A stretch of DNA of 64,000 nucleotides from Anthoceros angustus (Eukaryota > Plantae > Anthocerotophyta): NCBI GenBank assembly GCA_010909165.1, contig VJWM01000172.1:310001-374000 (forward strand). Direction: 5' to 3'. Positions 48,044-59,183 of this stretch are shown here, piece by piece. A program made the position numbers and the translations under genes. The notes under the pieces were generated by a model. It searched no databases. It was given only the letters and a program-made list of their open reading frames with translations, and was not told where the DNA came from. Each line of letters starts with the position of its first letter. Position 1 is the first letter of the stretch.

Positions 48044-50820
48044 ATGGTGAAAGCGCCGCACCTAAGAAGGGCAAATTGGTTGCTAGGGAGCCGTGGAGAA
48101 GAGGCATGATGCCCGAATTTAATTGCTTCCCCGCATGTGGAGGCTAGGCACTTGGTAGCATCTGGCATCGGAGAACCCAACGCAATTGCAATGGGTGTAT
48201 GGCCGCCATCGGGCCTATGTCAACTTGGAGATGATAGAGGAATGCTTTGTAAACTTCACTATGCCACGGCAGGAACTGGAGGAACTGGAAAATAGGGATG
48301 CAAGGACTGATCCAGGGTGCTGGACAGCCCAACACATCCGACAGGTATATGGAAGACCAAATGAGGAGGCTCAGGAGGGGATTGCGATTATGGAGCTTGA
48401 AAGGAAGGTTGAGGAGAAGGGGGAAGAGAAAAAGGAGAATCGGAAGTGTCATGAGCTACTTGAGAAAGCTATGGACATGTTACAACGCGGGCATAAGTCT
48501 AGGGAGAAAGGTGGTTGGTGCACTGAAGAACTCAAGGAAGAGAAATGGAGAACATTTGCTAAGATTCTCCTTGGATTGGTGAGTGCGCAACGGAAGACAT
48601 ATCTTAGTGATGCGCAGCTATATTTCATCCGGAGGTTGTCTAGGGGCTACCCGCATTGGGGAATGGTAATGTATGATGTTTATATCGCACATCGGAAGGT
48701 TGCTTATACCCAATGCGAGGAATCCAAGAGCACGAGAAATACATACCTCTCCACCCACCGATTCATATTTATGAGCTCCAAGGATTATTGAAGCTGTGAA
48801 TTGGAATTTTCCAAGATGGACTTCCAAGTGGTATCATTGGATGCAGGAGTCCCTAAGCCCGTGAGAGAAGTCCCCAACAAGAGACGGGAAGAAGAGGAAA
48901 GCAATGGAGGAGCCTACTACTGTCCCACGCAGTGAAGGAGGAGAAGAAGTTCATTCAATGAGAGCATCGGGAAGAAGGTGGTAGGAAGTGAGTTGGATCC
49001 ACTCCCACGGCGGTGGAGAGCGAAGAAGCTCTCGTGGAGAGAGTCAAGGCGGCTTCCATTGCGGAGGAAGCCGCAAGAAGAGCCGGTATGGGAGGAAGAG
49101 AAGGAGAAACCACCAAGTGGAACTTGGGCAAGTAGGAAGCTAGGCATAACCCATGGGGCCAGGAGGCCCACACCTACCGTAGGGGCAGATCGGATGACTA
49201 GGGGTGAGGCACCCCCACAGAGGGAGTGAGCGAGGGTCGAGTCCCCACGACGGTGTGGCACCCGAGGTAGTGAGGGGGTGCAAGTGTCCCTACCTATAGG
49301 CGAGGGGCTGCTCCTAGTGGAGTGGCAGCTGATGGATAGGCCTATGGATAGGCCTATGGAGGGGCCCAAAGAAGGAGGCGCTCACATGAGCCAGAATGGA
49401 GCTAGGGGTGACATGGTTTTGAATTGAACGACCCATGGATGTCTCAAACATCCGTGGCGACTTGGACACTTTGGGAGAGGTGTGGCGATGTGTGGATAGC
49501 AAGGAACTTGGATGAGAGGAGGCTTGCCCATGTTGTAGCTACCTCCTAAGTGGGGCTACCTCATAAATCAGCGGAAGGAGTAGAACTAGGTACCTTTAGG
49601 GGTGTTGGGGCCTCAAGAGGGAACGTGGATACAGAAGAATTAAGGGCAGCTCAAACTAGGATTTTAGAGCTAGAGTCAAGTGTAGGTAGGCTTACCGAAA
49701 GAGAAAGGCGACTTACATGGGAGCTTGAGGGAGTCGCTTGAGGCATCAAGAGATGGTGCAAGAGTTGGATGGCATTATGGTGACACGCTAAGGAGAAGGA
49801 AGGATGGGTCTTGGAGAAGAGAGGATGAGAGAACAAGTCCAACAATTGGTGTGTGCCATGGCGATGGCCAAGAAGGATGTAAAGGAGGTCCAGATCTCAT
49901 GGAGACTAAGGATGAGTTATTAAATGGCAAGGACCTCGAGGTAGGAGAATTGAGAAGGAGAAGGAGACCCTACAAGAGTCATGGGACTCCTCCAAGCGGA
50001 GTTAGAAGAAGCCAAGGGGCTGTGAGAGAAGCTAATCGAGGGCCTCGCAAGAGGAAGAGAGTCGCAAGAAAGCCGAGGACATGGTACGCGCTGGTTGTGC
50101 GAAGAGAAGGTTCAGCCGATCATACCTTGCAAAAGAGGATGTTGAGGCGCCACGATGCGGAGGAGAAGTATCATGCTATGTCCATACAAGTGGGGCTATG
50201 TGGAAAGGGAGGCTTTGCAAGAGAAGTGTGGACGGGCGAGTGGCCTGCAGACTTGGAAGACTTGAAGAACAAATATCGCAACCTACAGTTAATTCGCCAA
50301 TAGACCGCTAGAATCAAGGCTGATCTGGTAGAGCTTTGAGGGAGAGGTTGGCACCCCCGGTGATGATAGAAGGATGCTAGAAGAAGCCAAGGGGCTGTGA
50401 GAGAAGCTAATCGTAGGGCCTCGCAAGAGGAAGAGAGTCGCAAGAAAGCCGAGGACATGGTACGCCGCTTGGTTGTGCGTAAGAGAAGGTTCGAGCCGAT
50501 CATACCTTGCAAAAGAGGATGTTGAGGCGCCCACGATGCGGAGGAGAAGTATCATGCTATGTCCATACAAGTGGGGCATTGTGGAAAGGGAGGCTTTGCA
50601 AGAGAAGTGTGGGACGGGCGAGTGGCTGGACTTGGAAGACTTGAAGAACAAATATCGCAACCTACAGTTAATTCGCCAATAGACTGCTAGAATCAAGGCT
50701 GATCTGGTAGAGCTTTGAGGGAGAGGTTGGCACCCCCGGTGATGATAGAAGGATGCTAGAAGCGTAAGGTTTGAAGGTCATGGACCTTGTGACCCAAGCG
50801 AGAGACGGTGGAGTCGATGA
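48044..50820 (+). CDS. LTR-encoded accessory ORF(s): conserved N-terminal domain, low-complexity linker, coiled-coil region (frameshifted)
   Basis: ORF pieces 48186..48791 (VYGRP...FAKILLGLV...HWGMVMY) and 49550-50330 (EELRAAQTRILELESSVGRL...DLEDLKNKYRNL). Whether this is one ORF or two is unresolved. Confidence 0.7.
49960..50745 (+). repeat. ~0.38-0.4-kb tandem duplication present only in the 5' LTR
   Basis: AGAAGAAGCCAAGGGGCTGTGAGAGAAGC occurs at ~50005 and ~50380; a single copy at ~62707 in the 3' LTR. Confidence 0.85.
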
Positions 50821-51239
50821 GTCGAATGGGAAGAAATGAATGAGCAAGCCGAGGGATGACTGAGGAGGAAGAGGAAGGCATGGAGCAAGATCCGCCACGG
50901 AGACCTTCGAGGGAGAGCGTGGAGGCGGTAGGGCCATAAGAAGTGACCTACGTCCGTAGGAGGTGTAGAGGGTGGCCCTACATCCGTAGGATCACCAGCG
51001 GCGACATCTAGAGGTAATTGAAGAGGGTGGTGGTAGCTTGGAGCGTGGCTCATTGCTTAGGGGAAGACTTTTCTTTAGGGAGGACAGTATTAATGCTTGT
51101 CAACCCAGGGGTGTGTTGACTAGCTGGATAGGAATGTTGACAGAGCCATTAAGGCTCACATAGGTAGAATTTGCTAGAATAGAATTTCACCCAAGATGCT
51201 TGGATGTCGAACTTAAAGTCCGACAGGATACACTAAAAT

Positions 51240-52180
51240 AAGGAGTGAGGCAGGAGGGCGCTGTGGGAGGTCAGATGTGAGGACCTCCCTACAAAAGGAG
51301 GGAGCTTGTGAAGTAAAATTATCGTGTCTTGCGCCCCTACCTCGTGAGTCCTTTGCTCCTTGTGAAGGAAGTTCGCCGCAAGCTAACGAAGGCCCCGGTA
51401 GAGAGGGAGTTTGCGACCGGAGTGCTTGGCGGAGGGCCCGCTCCCCTGTGTCTCGAGTTGCTCCCTTGTGAATGGTTGCCGTGAATTGCTTTGCTTTGAG
51501 TGTGTGGCGATGCTCAAGGAACTCTCGGCTTGAGGGTAGACCGCAGGAAAGACTCGGAGGTTCTCGCCGTGTAAACTACACAACCGCCCAAGGAAAACTT
51601 GTTGATTCAGACGGACCCTGTGCAGCCAGCCGTAAGGGCGAGTTGGAATCAATAAGCTAGAGGGTGGTATTAGAGTAGGAGGTCATGGAAGGAGAGTAAG
51701 TAGGTGTGTAGGACGAAGAAAAGCGTTGATAATGGTAGAGGAACTGAATATTGAGGAGGGAATTAGCGTGTAGGTCATAGCCAATGGCCCAAGGCAGAGC
51801 CCAAGGGAGGTGTCCCAAATCTGCGGCGAGAACGTGCTCCAGTGGTAAGGGGAGCTAGCCCCAGCGGGGAGGATAACATTGCGGTGCGGATCAGGGGGTC
51901 CCTGGATGCCCACGGTGATTCCACGCTTGTTGAGGCATGGCCTATGATAGTGTCGTCGTTGTAGGCCGTGAATTGGTGAATTTTCAAGCAAAGGCAAGTA
52001 GTGTAGCCGCTGAGGGAAGTAGGATGATGCCTTGCTTGTTGAGGGGGCTGGTGGTTGTAAATAAATGTGCATGGTTGAACCTTCACGCACAACCAAGATC
52101 TCATGGGACGAAACCCAACGTTAAGCGAAAGTGATAAGTGTGGACGCTGGTGAATCTAAGCCCCGGATCCGCCCACCACA
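51240..52180 (+). mobile_element. Inner PPT-like tract plus 0.92-kb inner LTR (TGTGGGAGG at 51262); equivalent start at 63629
   Basis: AAGGAGTGAGGCAGGAGGGCGC then TGTGGGAGG. TGTGG/CCACA inverted termini; AATAAA at ~52059. Confidence 0.65.
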
Positions 52181-52184
52181 TTTT

Positions 52185-52202
52185 TGGCGCCGTTGCCGGG
52201 GA
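52185..52202 (+). promoter_or_regulatory. PBS TGGCGCCGTTGCCGGGGA (tRNA-Asp type, as in Athila)
   Basis: Follows CCACA-TTTT. Confidence 0.9.
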
Positions 52203-52339
52203 TCTTGTGCCTTGATAGACGTGCGGTGTGGGGAAACCCATCTCCGTAGTTGATTGTTGTTGGTGAACTCTCCCACGATGGAGGCACGCGTGGGGGTTTC
52301 ATATTGACAAACCGGTGTTGAAGGGTCATGAGGATGGTT

Positions 52340-54780
52340 GCGTATGTCTAGCGGTGAGGAAGGGATAAGAGTTGAACGAGGGAGATCGCCCACCTGCTCT
52401 AGAAATCTACGAGCTGCAAGGAGGGAACGATTACGAGAAGAAAGTGCTGCAACTGCAGCACGCCAATTCAAGAGGAAGAAGAGGCACGGGCAATTGAGGA
52501 AGAAGCCGCTTTTGCGCTTGCTTGCAAGGGCGCTGTGAGCGAAGAAGAGGAGGAGGTTGCTGCTAGTGAAGAAGAGGGCGACGAGGTCACGGATAGCGAA
52601 AGAAAGGAGGTTGTCGAGGAAGAATTGGTGCTGCAAGGCGAACGTGAAGAAGAGGTGCATGAACGAGGATACGGGTTGAATTTAAGAGCTTCATTTGTGG
52701 AAGCTGGGCCTTCTCAACATTGGGAACCCCGTGGTGGATCTAGCTCATCTTCGAGGAAGAAGAGGGAGGGAGGACGGCGAGTAGTGTAATTCCAAGTGTG
52801 GTCAAGATCTTGCGCTAGTCTTGACCGGATTACCGACTTACTACCTTGGTGGACGCGTCCGAGGGGACACCTCACCCAGGCCGTGTTCGAGACTTTGTGC
52901 CGACATCCCGCCAGGGAACGCTTGATCGGGCGACCGCCATGTGAGGAGGTAACTTGAATTCGTGCAATCCGGGCAACATGAGTGGAACCGCAGGAGGGGA
53001 GGAGGTTTGCCTCAACCTCACAACCGGCAACAATATGTCAAGTTTGGGGAGAAGAAGAAGGGCGACGACGGAGGCATTTGTGCGCACTTTGAGCATGTGT
53101 CTCATGCTAACTGGAGGACACCGTACGATCGGCTTGCGAATTTTCCCGGCCGAGGGGCATGCCCAGGGTATGCCGAACTTACGGGCAAGTGCGCCGAGAT
53201 TGGGATTTGAAGACCTTCAATCGCCGAGGGCTCATGCCCACCACACCTTGGCAAAGTTGAGAACCTTCGCAGGAAGAAACGGGAGTCATTGTTTGATTAC
53301 GTTGAACGGTTCTATGGATATTTGGATCGAGTCCCAAGTGTGCACTGTGACTCGCAATCCTCCCACATCGGGTTACGCAGAGCAAGCTGGATTGGTTTGT
53401 GAGCGGTCTATCAAGGAAAATGGAGGTACATTGTCGACGAGGGGACTAAAACTTTGGAGCAATCCGCTGGCGTAAGAGTGGAGTCGGCAGAGTTGGGCGA
53501 GGAGGAAAAGAGAAGGAGTCATAAGAAGAGGAAGGGGTCCAGAGATCTAGTTTGTCTTCTTCTTCTTCCTCCCCCTTCATCTTCATCTTCATCTTCCGAG
53601 AGTGAGGAGAGTGGTACCAGAAAACTCGTCATCCGAAGAATCGAGAAAGCCTACGAACGACGGATGAGGAAAGATCTAGAGAAGGTTAAGAAGAGGCAAG
53701 AGGAGGCCGAGCGCCGAGAAGGAAAGAAAAGGGAAAACAGCGCGGATGGAGAAGGGAGAAACGCCCACCGCAGGAGGAGGAATTGGTCGTTGAAGCCTTG
53801 ACCAAGCGATTAACGAGTTGGAAGTCAAGGCGTGAAGAATCGTGCCACACGAGATCGCCTCCCCGCAAGACAGCTTGGTGTATTGCTCGATTTGTCACCA
53901 ACTGGGCACACCAACCGGAATGTATACGAGCCCCACGCCATGCGTGAATCATGTGGAGCCATCATGCCCGGTGATTATTGGTATGTGGATGAGGCTTACC
54001 AGTGCAACATCGGAGGTCGACCGCCTACCGATGAGGGCAACCTACCAACCCGCAAAGACCGCCAATCATGAGGTACGGGTCTCGCCTACCTCGCCAGTCC
54101 ATGGAGACCGTAACCATCTCACGACCAATGATTCCACCGGATGTTGTTACAATTGTGGAGCACCGGTCACTATTCCAATGATTGCCTGTAACCAAAGAGA
54201 ATGGGTATGTACCTTGTCAAGTGTGCAAAGAATTGGGACACAAGGCTGAGATCCGAGGTGTTCGGGGTGCCACGAGTAGTGCCGACACGCCCAGAGTGAG
54301 GTTCACAGAGCCTACAATGTAAGGAGCACCTTCCAACCCCAAACGCTATCACCGTGACTTCAACGCCGCTTTGAAGGTGGAAGTAACTGATCTTCCGATG
54401 GAGACAATGTGTACTGGGATTGTGGAAGAAGGATATGAGGGAGAAATGAGTGAGGAAGAAGGGTTGCTGTCCAAGGTCACCACTAGATCCGAGCGACGGA
54501 GAAGGACCGAAAAGCCGAAAAGGTGTGAGCGAGAGGAACGAAGAAGAGGAAGGTGAGGAGGACTCACCTTGGCCACCGGAGACTCGTGGAAGCCGGAATT
54601 TGGCAGAGGAGGAGGAAAATGAGGAGGTCCATGAGGGAACTATCGGTAGGTGTCTGCCGGGAGGGCGACCTACCAAAGAAGCGGAGGAGGGGAGGAAAGG
54701 TGTTTCCTCCGACATTAGTAGGGAAGTAGCAGCAATGTTGGAGGACGAGCTAAGAAGGCTCACCAAGATGCAAAGATGGA
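52340..54780 (+). CDS. gag: Gypsy gag (frameshifted), acidic N-terminus and Zn knuckles
   Basis: Capsid-like segment ~52990-53400; CSICHQLGH (~53885) and CYNCGAPGHYSNDC (~54143-54185). The start codon was not defined. Confidence 0.7.
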
Positions 54781-55109
54781 GGTAGAGGTTGGAACCCGGT
54801 TGTGAATCACGCTATGGAGTCCCAATGATAGGAGGGCCATGGTGTGAGTTTAAAATAAGGTCGGAGCCGACCAGCATCGGGCTGCAAACGGGAGGAAACC
54901 TTGTCGATAAGATCTCCGCCACGATGCATTGCTTGACCGAGAATTTGTGGTCACTTGAGGCACTCATGTGAGTCCAAGATCCCGCAAAATTGTGAAGGAT
55001 CGTGGGAATTCGAGCCCGTGGAGCCGCCGAAGGAGGCCGATGGATCCGGAGGTAAACGTGGTTGAGCTTGTTGATCCGGGGCACCAAATTGAAATCGAAA
55101 TTGCGGCTT

Positions 55110-58100
55110 GGTGCCCAATGTGCCATTAGATTCGGATCGGGGTCAACTTGATGACAGGAGACGGCGATCGCCTTGGTTCACCAAGTTCAACCGATTCGGT
55201 ATTCTTGAGGATGGCGGACCAAACAAGGAAACCGTTAGGAGTGTTGAGAAATGTGCCAACCGTGATTGGAGGTCTCACGCTCTATCTTACCTACATTGTC
55301 ATGAGACCAAGGTCGATCTAGGCTACAAGGTCTTGATAGGAAGACCTTGGTTGTATGGAATGGTGTTTTCGATTTTGGTCGAGTGGTATCACCTTTAAGT
55401 CCTGTAGAGTAGGGCCACCGAGGTAGCTTTTGTGTCATGGAGCAAGGCACCCTATGGGGAAACCGAACTCCGTCCGATGGATATACAGAGGTACAGGGTA
55501 AGCTCTTCGGTAGTGACCGGCTTATCGTGGACCTCACAAGTGGTGGAAATAAAACCCAAGTTGGTGTACTGCCTACAAGTAGAAGCTACCGAGAAGATGA
55601 TTCAAGGTGCGGAGCAGAAGGGGTAGCCTTTGGAAAGGGAGAGCATATGATCGAGATTTTCCGATGAAGTATCGTGAACAAAGGTAGTAGTCCGAGGGTA
55701 CCTACGTAGATCCGTATGCAGGTAGACTTAGAGCTAGAACCCAGCAAAGTAGTCAAGATTTCTAGGTACTTAGATGTGGTAGAGAAGAAGGAGTTTTGTA
55801 GGTTGCTTAGGAATATGTAGACATATTTGCTTTCAAGATTACCGACATGACAGAATTCAAGAACCGGGGTACATCGAATAGACTTGAAGGAGGGCAAGAC
55901 TGAAGGATCAAGCAAGATAGGCCGAATCCTAAGTACTCTATGGTGGTCAAGGATCAGACCAAGACTTGGAGGCAGCGAATTTATCCGACTAACAAGCGAG
56001 TGGGTGGCACCCATCGTGATTGTGCCAAAGAAACAACAGGGAAAGGGTGTGTCAAGATTTCGTGAAGCTTAACGAGGCCACAAAGAAGGACCACCATCCC
56101 TTGCCTTTCATGGACAGCTGCTCGACACCGGTGGCAGTCATGAGATGTATAGCTTGGATGGTTATTCGGTTACAACCAAATCTCTGAGGAAGGAGGACCA
56201 GACAAGACCACGCTCACAACGGATTGGGGTACCTATGCTTATTCTAAGTTGCCTTCGGGTTGTGCAATGCCCCGCCACTTTTCAGCGTAGTGAATGCCAT
56301 ATTCGAGATTTTTGAGGAAGTCCATGGAGGTCTTCCTAGATGATTTTTGTTTGAAGAAGGAAATTGCATCCGAGCACCGAGACAATGTTTCCGTAGTGGA
56401 GTCGAACATGAAACTTCATCCGTGGAAGTGTTATTTTGATGACAAGGAATCTTACTAGCACATCGAGTTTCAAAGAGGGGTTTGTAGATAGGAAAAGGTG
56501 TCGGTGATAGCGAGATGGACGCGCCACAAACGGCAAGGTGTGCCATAGGTTTGGTAGGTTACTATAGAAGATTCATCAAGGATTTTGCCAAGAAGGCGGC
56601 CTTGTTGACAATTGACCAAGAAGGACATGCCTTTGAATGGACAGAGGCAAGGCAGAAGCCTTTCAGCAGCTGGATAGCTTGGTGAACGCACCAACGCTAC
56701 AACCACCGATTGGGAAAACCATTCCATGTATACGTGTCCGCTTATTGGGACCATCTTAAGCCGTAAGGACGAGAAGAAACGGATCATCCAATTTTGCGCG
56801 GTGCAACTTACGGATGCCGAGAAATTATTCAACCACCGAGAGGGAAGGTCTTGGCATCATATACTGTAAGAAGTTTAGACACTATCCGCTTGCTTGCAAA
56901 GTGACGCTTCATGTTGATCATTTTGCTGAAGTACCTTGTGAACAAGCCGACGGTCGTGAAGGATTGCCGTGGGTACTACCGCTGCAAGAGTTTGATTATG
57001 ATGTAGAAACTAGGCCAGAGCAACATAATCGATTTCATTTCTCGTCCGAAACCGGAGAGCGACTTGAAGCCACGATGACCGATTTCCGACGAGGAGTTGG
57101 TTGCCACGGCCCGGGTCAAGGGGAGGACGTGAGCATGTTGTAGACGGCCTCAGCATTGATCAGCAAGCCTTGCTGCCAGCAGAGAGGTCAAATGAGCAAG
57201 AAGGGAGCGCAGTGTGAAAGGCTGCAGCAGGACAATCTGGAAATCCGAGAGGGGATAAAAGGGCGCCAGTATGGGCGCGAGGAGGAGGCTGAAATTCTCC
57301 TCAAGGGTGGGCAGTTAGGAGGGCTGCAAGTGGAGGCCACACGTTGGCAAAAGAAAGAAGCAAAACGACATGAGAGCGCGAGCCGGCTGGAAGGACCACA
57401 CTTGGCATGGCCGGCCAGGCGCCATGGGCGCGAGGAGGAGAGGCCCTAGGGAGGTAGGTGCGCCAGAGGGCGAGGAAGGAGATGCATCCCAACAAGCTTG
57501 AGCAAAACGGAGAAGAAAATGGCGATCTGTGGAAATCACCATGAGGTGGCCATGGAGGCAAAAGGCGAGGAGGTCGCCATGGGAGCACGAGCTGGACCTG
57601 GACATGAGGCTAGACCAGCAGGAATGGAAGAAATCCGAACGTTGTTGGAGGAGGAGATGCAAACGGGCCGCAGCTCAAAACTTGCAAAGATGGACAAAGC
57701 GGGAGAACTGGATTTGTGGATGGATCAACGCCGCTGGGGCTGCTGGTGGGCGAGCTAGGAGGCAACGTGGTATGCATGGAAGGAGGAGGTTAGAACGTGA
57801 GGGGCGTTCATGCCCAAGGTATCTGCTAAATGGTGAGGTACGAAATTTTCTAGAGCATGGAATCATGCCCGATGGTTTGTCTAGGGAGGGCGAGCTGTTT
57901 TTCTTCACAAGACAGCCCCTTATTGCCTAAGAGATGGGGTCTTATACAAGCTTGGTCCGGATGAGAAGATTCCGACGATGTTTGGGAGTGAGAGAAGCTA
58001 CTGTCATAGAAGCTTTACATGCGTAAGAGGCTGGTGGTCATTATTCGCAAATTACATGAAGAAGGTCTTGGATGCAGGCTTTGTACAATGCAGGGATGTG

Positions 58101-59165
58101 GGAATTTATTAGGAGGTGTGATGCGTCGAGGGTTGGAAGGCCCACTTTGTCAACACAATGGCCTCTCACTTATACTACCTTTGGCACCTTTGAGAAGTGG
58201 GCATAGACTTTGTAGGTCCAATCAAGCCACCCACACGATGGACGAGGAAGCAATATATCCCGTGGCTACGGACTATTGTACAAAGATGGTGGAGGTCAAG
58301 CAACAAGGAAGGACGACGACCGCAGAGAAGTTTCTTTGAGAACATTATAACAAGGTATGGATGTCCTTTGAGTTGGTCTGATGGGAACTCATTTCCTCAA
58401 CTCGGTGATCGAGACTCTCACCACCTACTTCAACATCTAAGATCGAAAGACAACTCCTTACAATCCCAAAGCGAATGGTTTGACGGAGAAAACGAATGGG
58501 CTGTTGTGTACAATCTTGACCAAGGTAATCGTGACTCACATGTACGATTGGGACACTAAGCTACATTCGGCATCGAAAGACAACTCCTTACAATCCCAAA
58601 GCGAATGGTTTGACGGAGAAAACGAATGGCTGTTGTGTACAATCTTGACCAAGGTAATCGTGACTCACATGTACGATTGGGACACTAAGCTACATTCGCT
58701 ATGGGCTTACAGGATGAGAGAAGGTGACCACCAAGAAGACTCCTATTATTTAACATATGGGATGTCTCCGTGATGCCTGAATTTGAGGTACCTACCTGTG
58801 ATCATGGAGGATGAGCGATGTCTCAGAGGATAGTCACTAGCTAGATTGGAGTCTTTCATTGGGCATGAGGAAGATAGGGAGGATGCTTTGAGGAGACCCA
58901 ACGCATCCGTGGAGCTTAGGAAGGATAGACATGACGGGAAGTTACGAGACAAAGCTATTGTGTCCGGGATTTGGTTCTTCTCATGATAGCCGATATATGG
59001 ATTTCCTGTGGAAGCTTAGGTTGAGGTGGATGGGACCTTATGAGGTCATGGTGTATAAAACGGCTCAAGACAATTGAAGGAGCTAGACGGGAGCCACTCC
59101 CTACCAGGTGAATGGATGGAAAGTGAAGAAGTACTTTGCAATCAGAGTGTTGTTCGAGGACGCAA
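55110..59165 (+). CDS. pol: Gypsy pol PR-RT-RH-INT (many apparent frameshifts)
   Basis: LDS(G)SGVN...LIGRPWL; WVAPIVIVPKK, LNEATKKDHHPLPFMD, DGYSGYNQI, PFGLCNAPATFQR, VFLDDF; NYSTTEREGLGII, LQEFDY; FEKWGIDFVGPI, YNPKANGLTE, QVNGWKVKKYF. Confidence 0.93.
58442..58698 (+). repeat. ~130-bp tandem duplication inside integrase
   Basis: ATCGAAAGACAACTCCTTACAATCCC...CTAAGCTACATTCG x2. Confidence 0.92.
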
Positions 59166-59167
59166 AC

Positions 59168-59183
59168 AAGTGGGAGGGGAGCA
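59168..59183 (+). promoter_or_regulatory. Polypurine tract immediately after integrase
   Basis: AAGTGGGAGGGGAG-CA followed by TGTGAAATG. Confidence 0.85.

Larger units (their letters stand above)
46366..52180 (+). repeat. 5' LTR, 5815 bp (TGTGAAATGC...CCACCACA)
   Basis: Similarity to the 3' copy starts at TG 46366/59184 (one flanking A is also shared). The end is fixed by the PBS four bases after 52180. Confidence 0.8.

Noticed and set aside
48044-50820. Calling the accessory ORF a retroviral env
   Set aside because: No signal peptide or clear transmembrane segment is visible.
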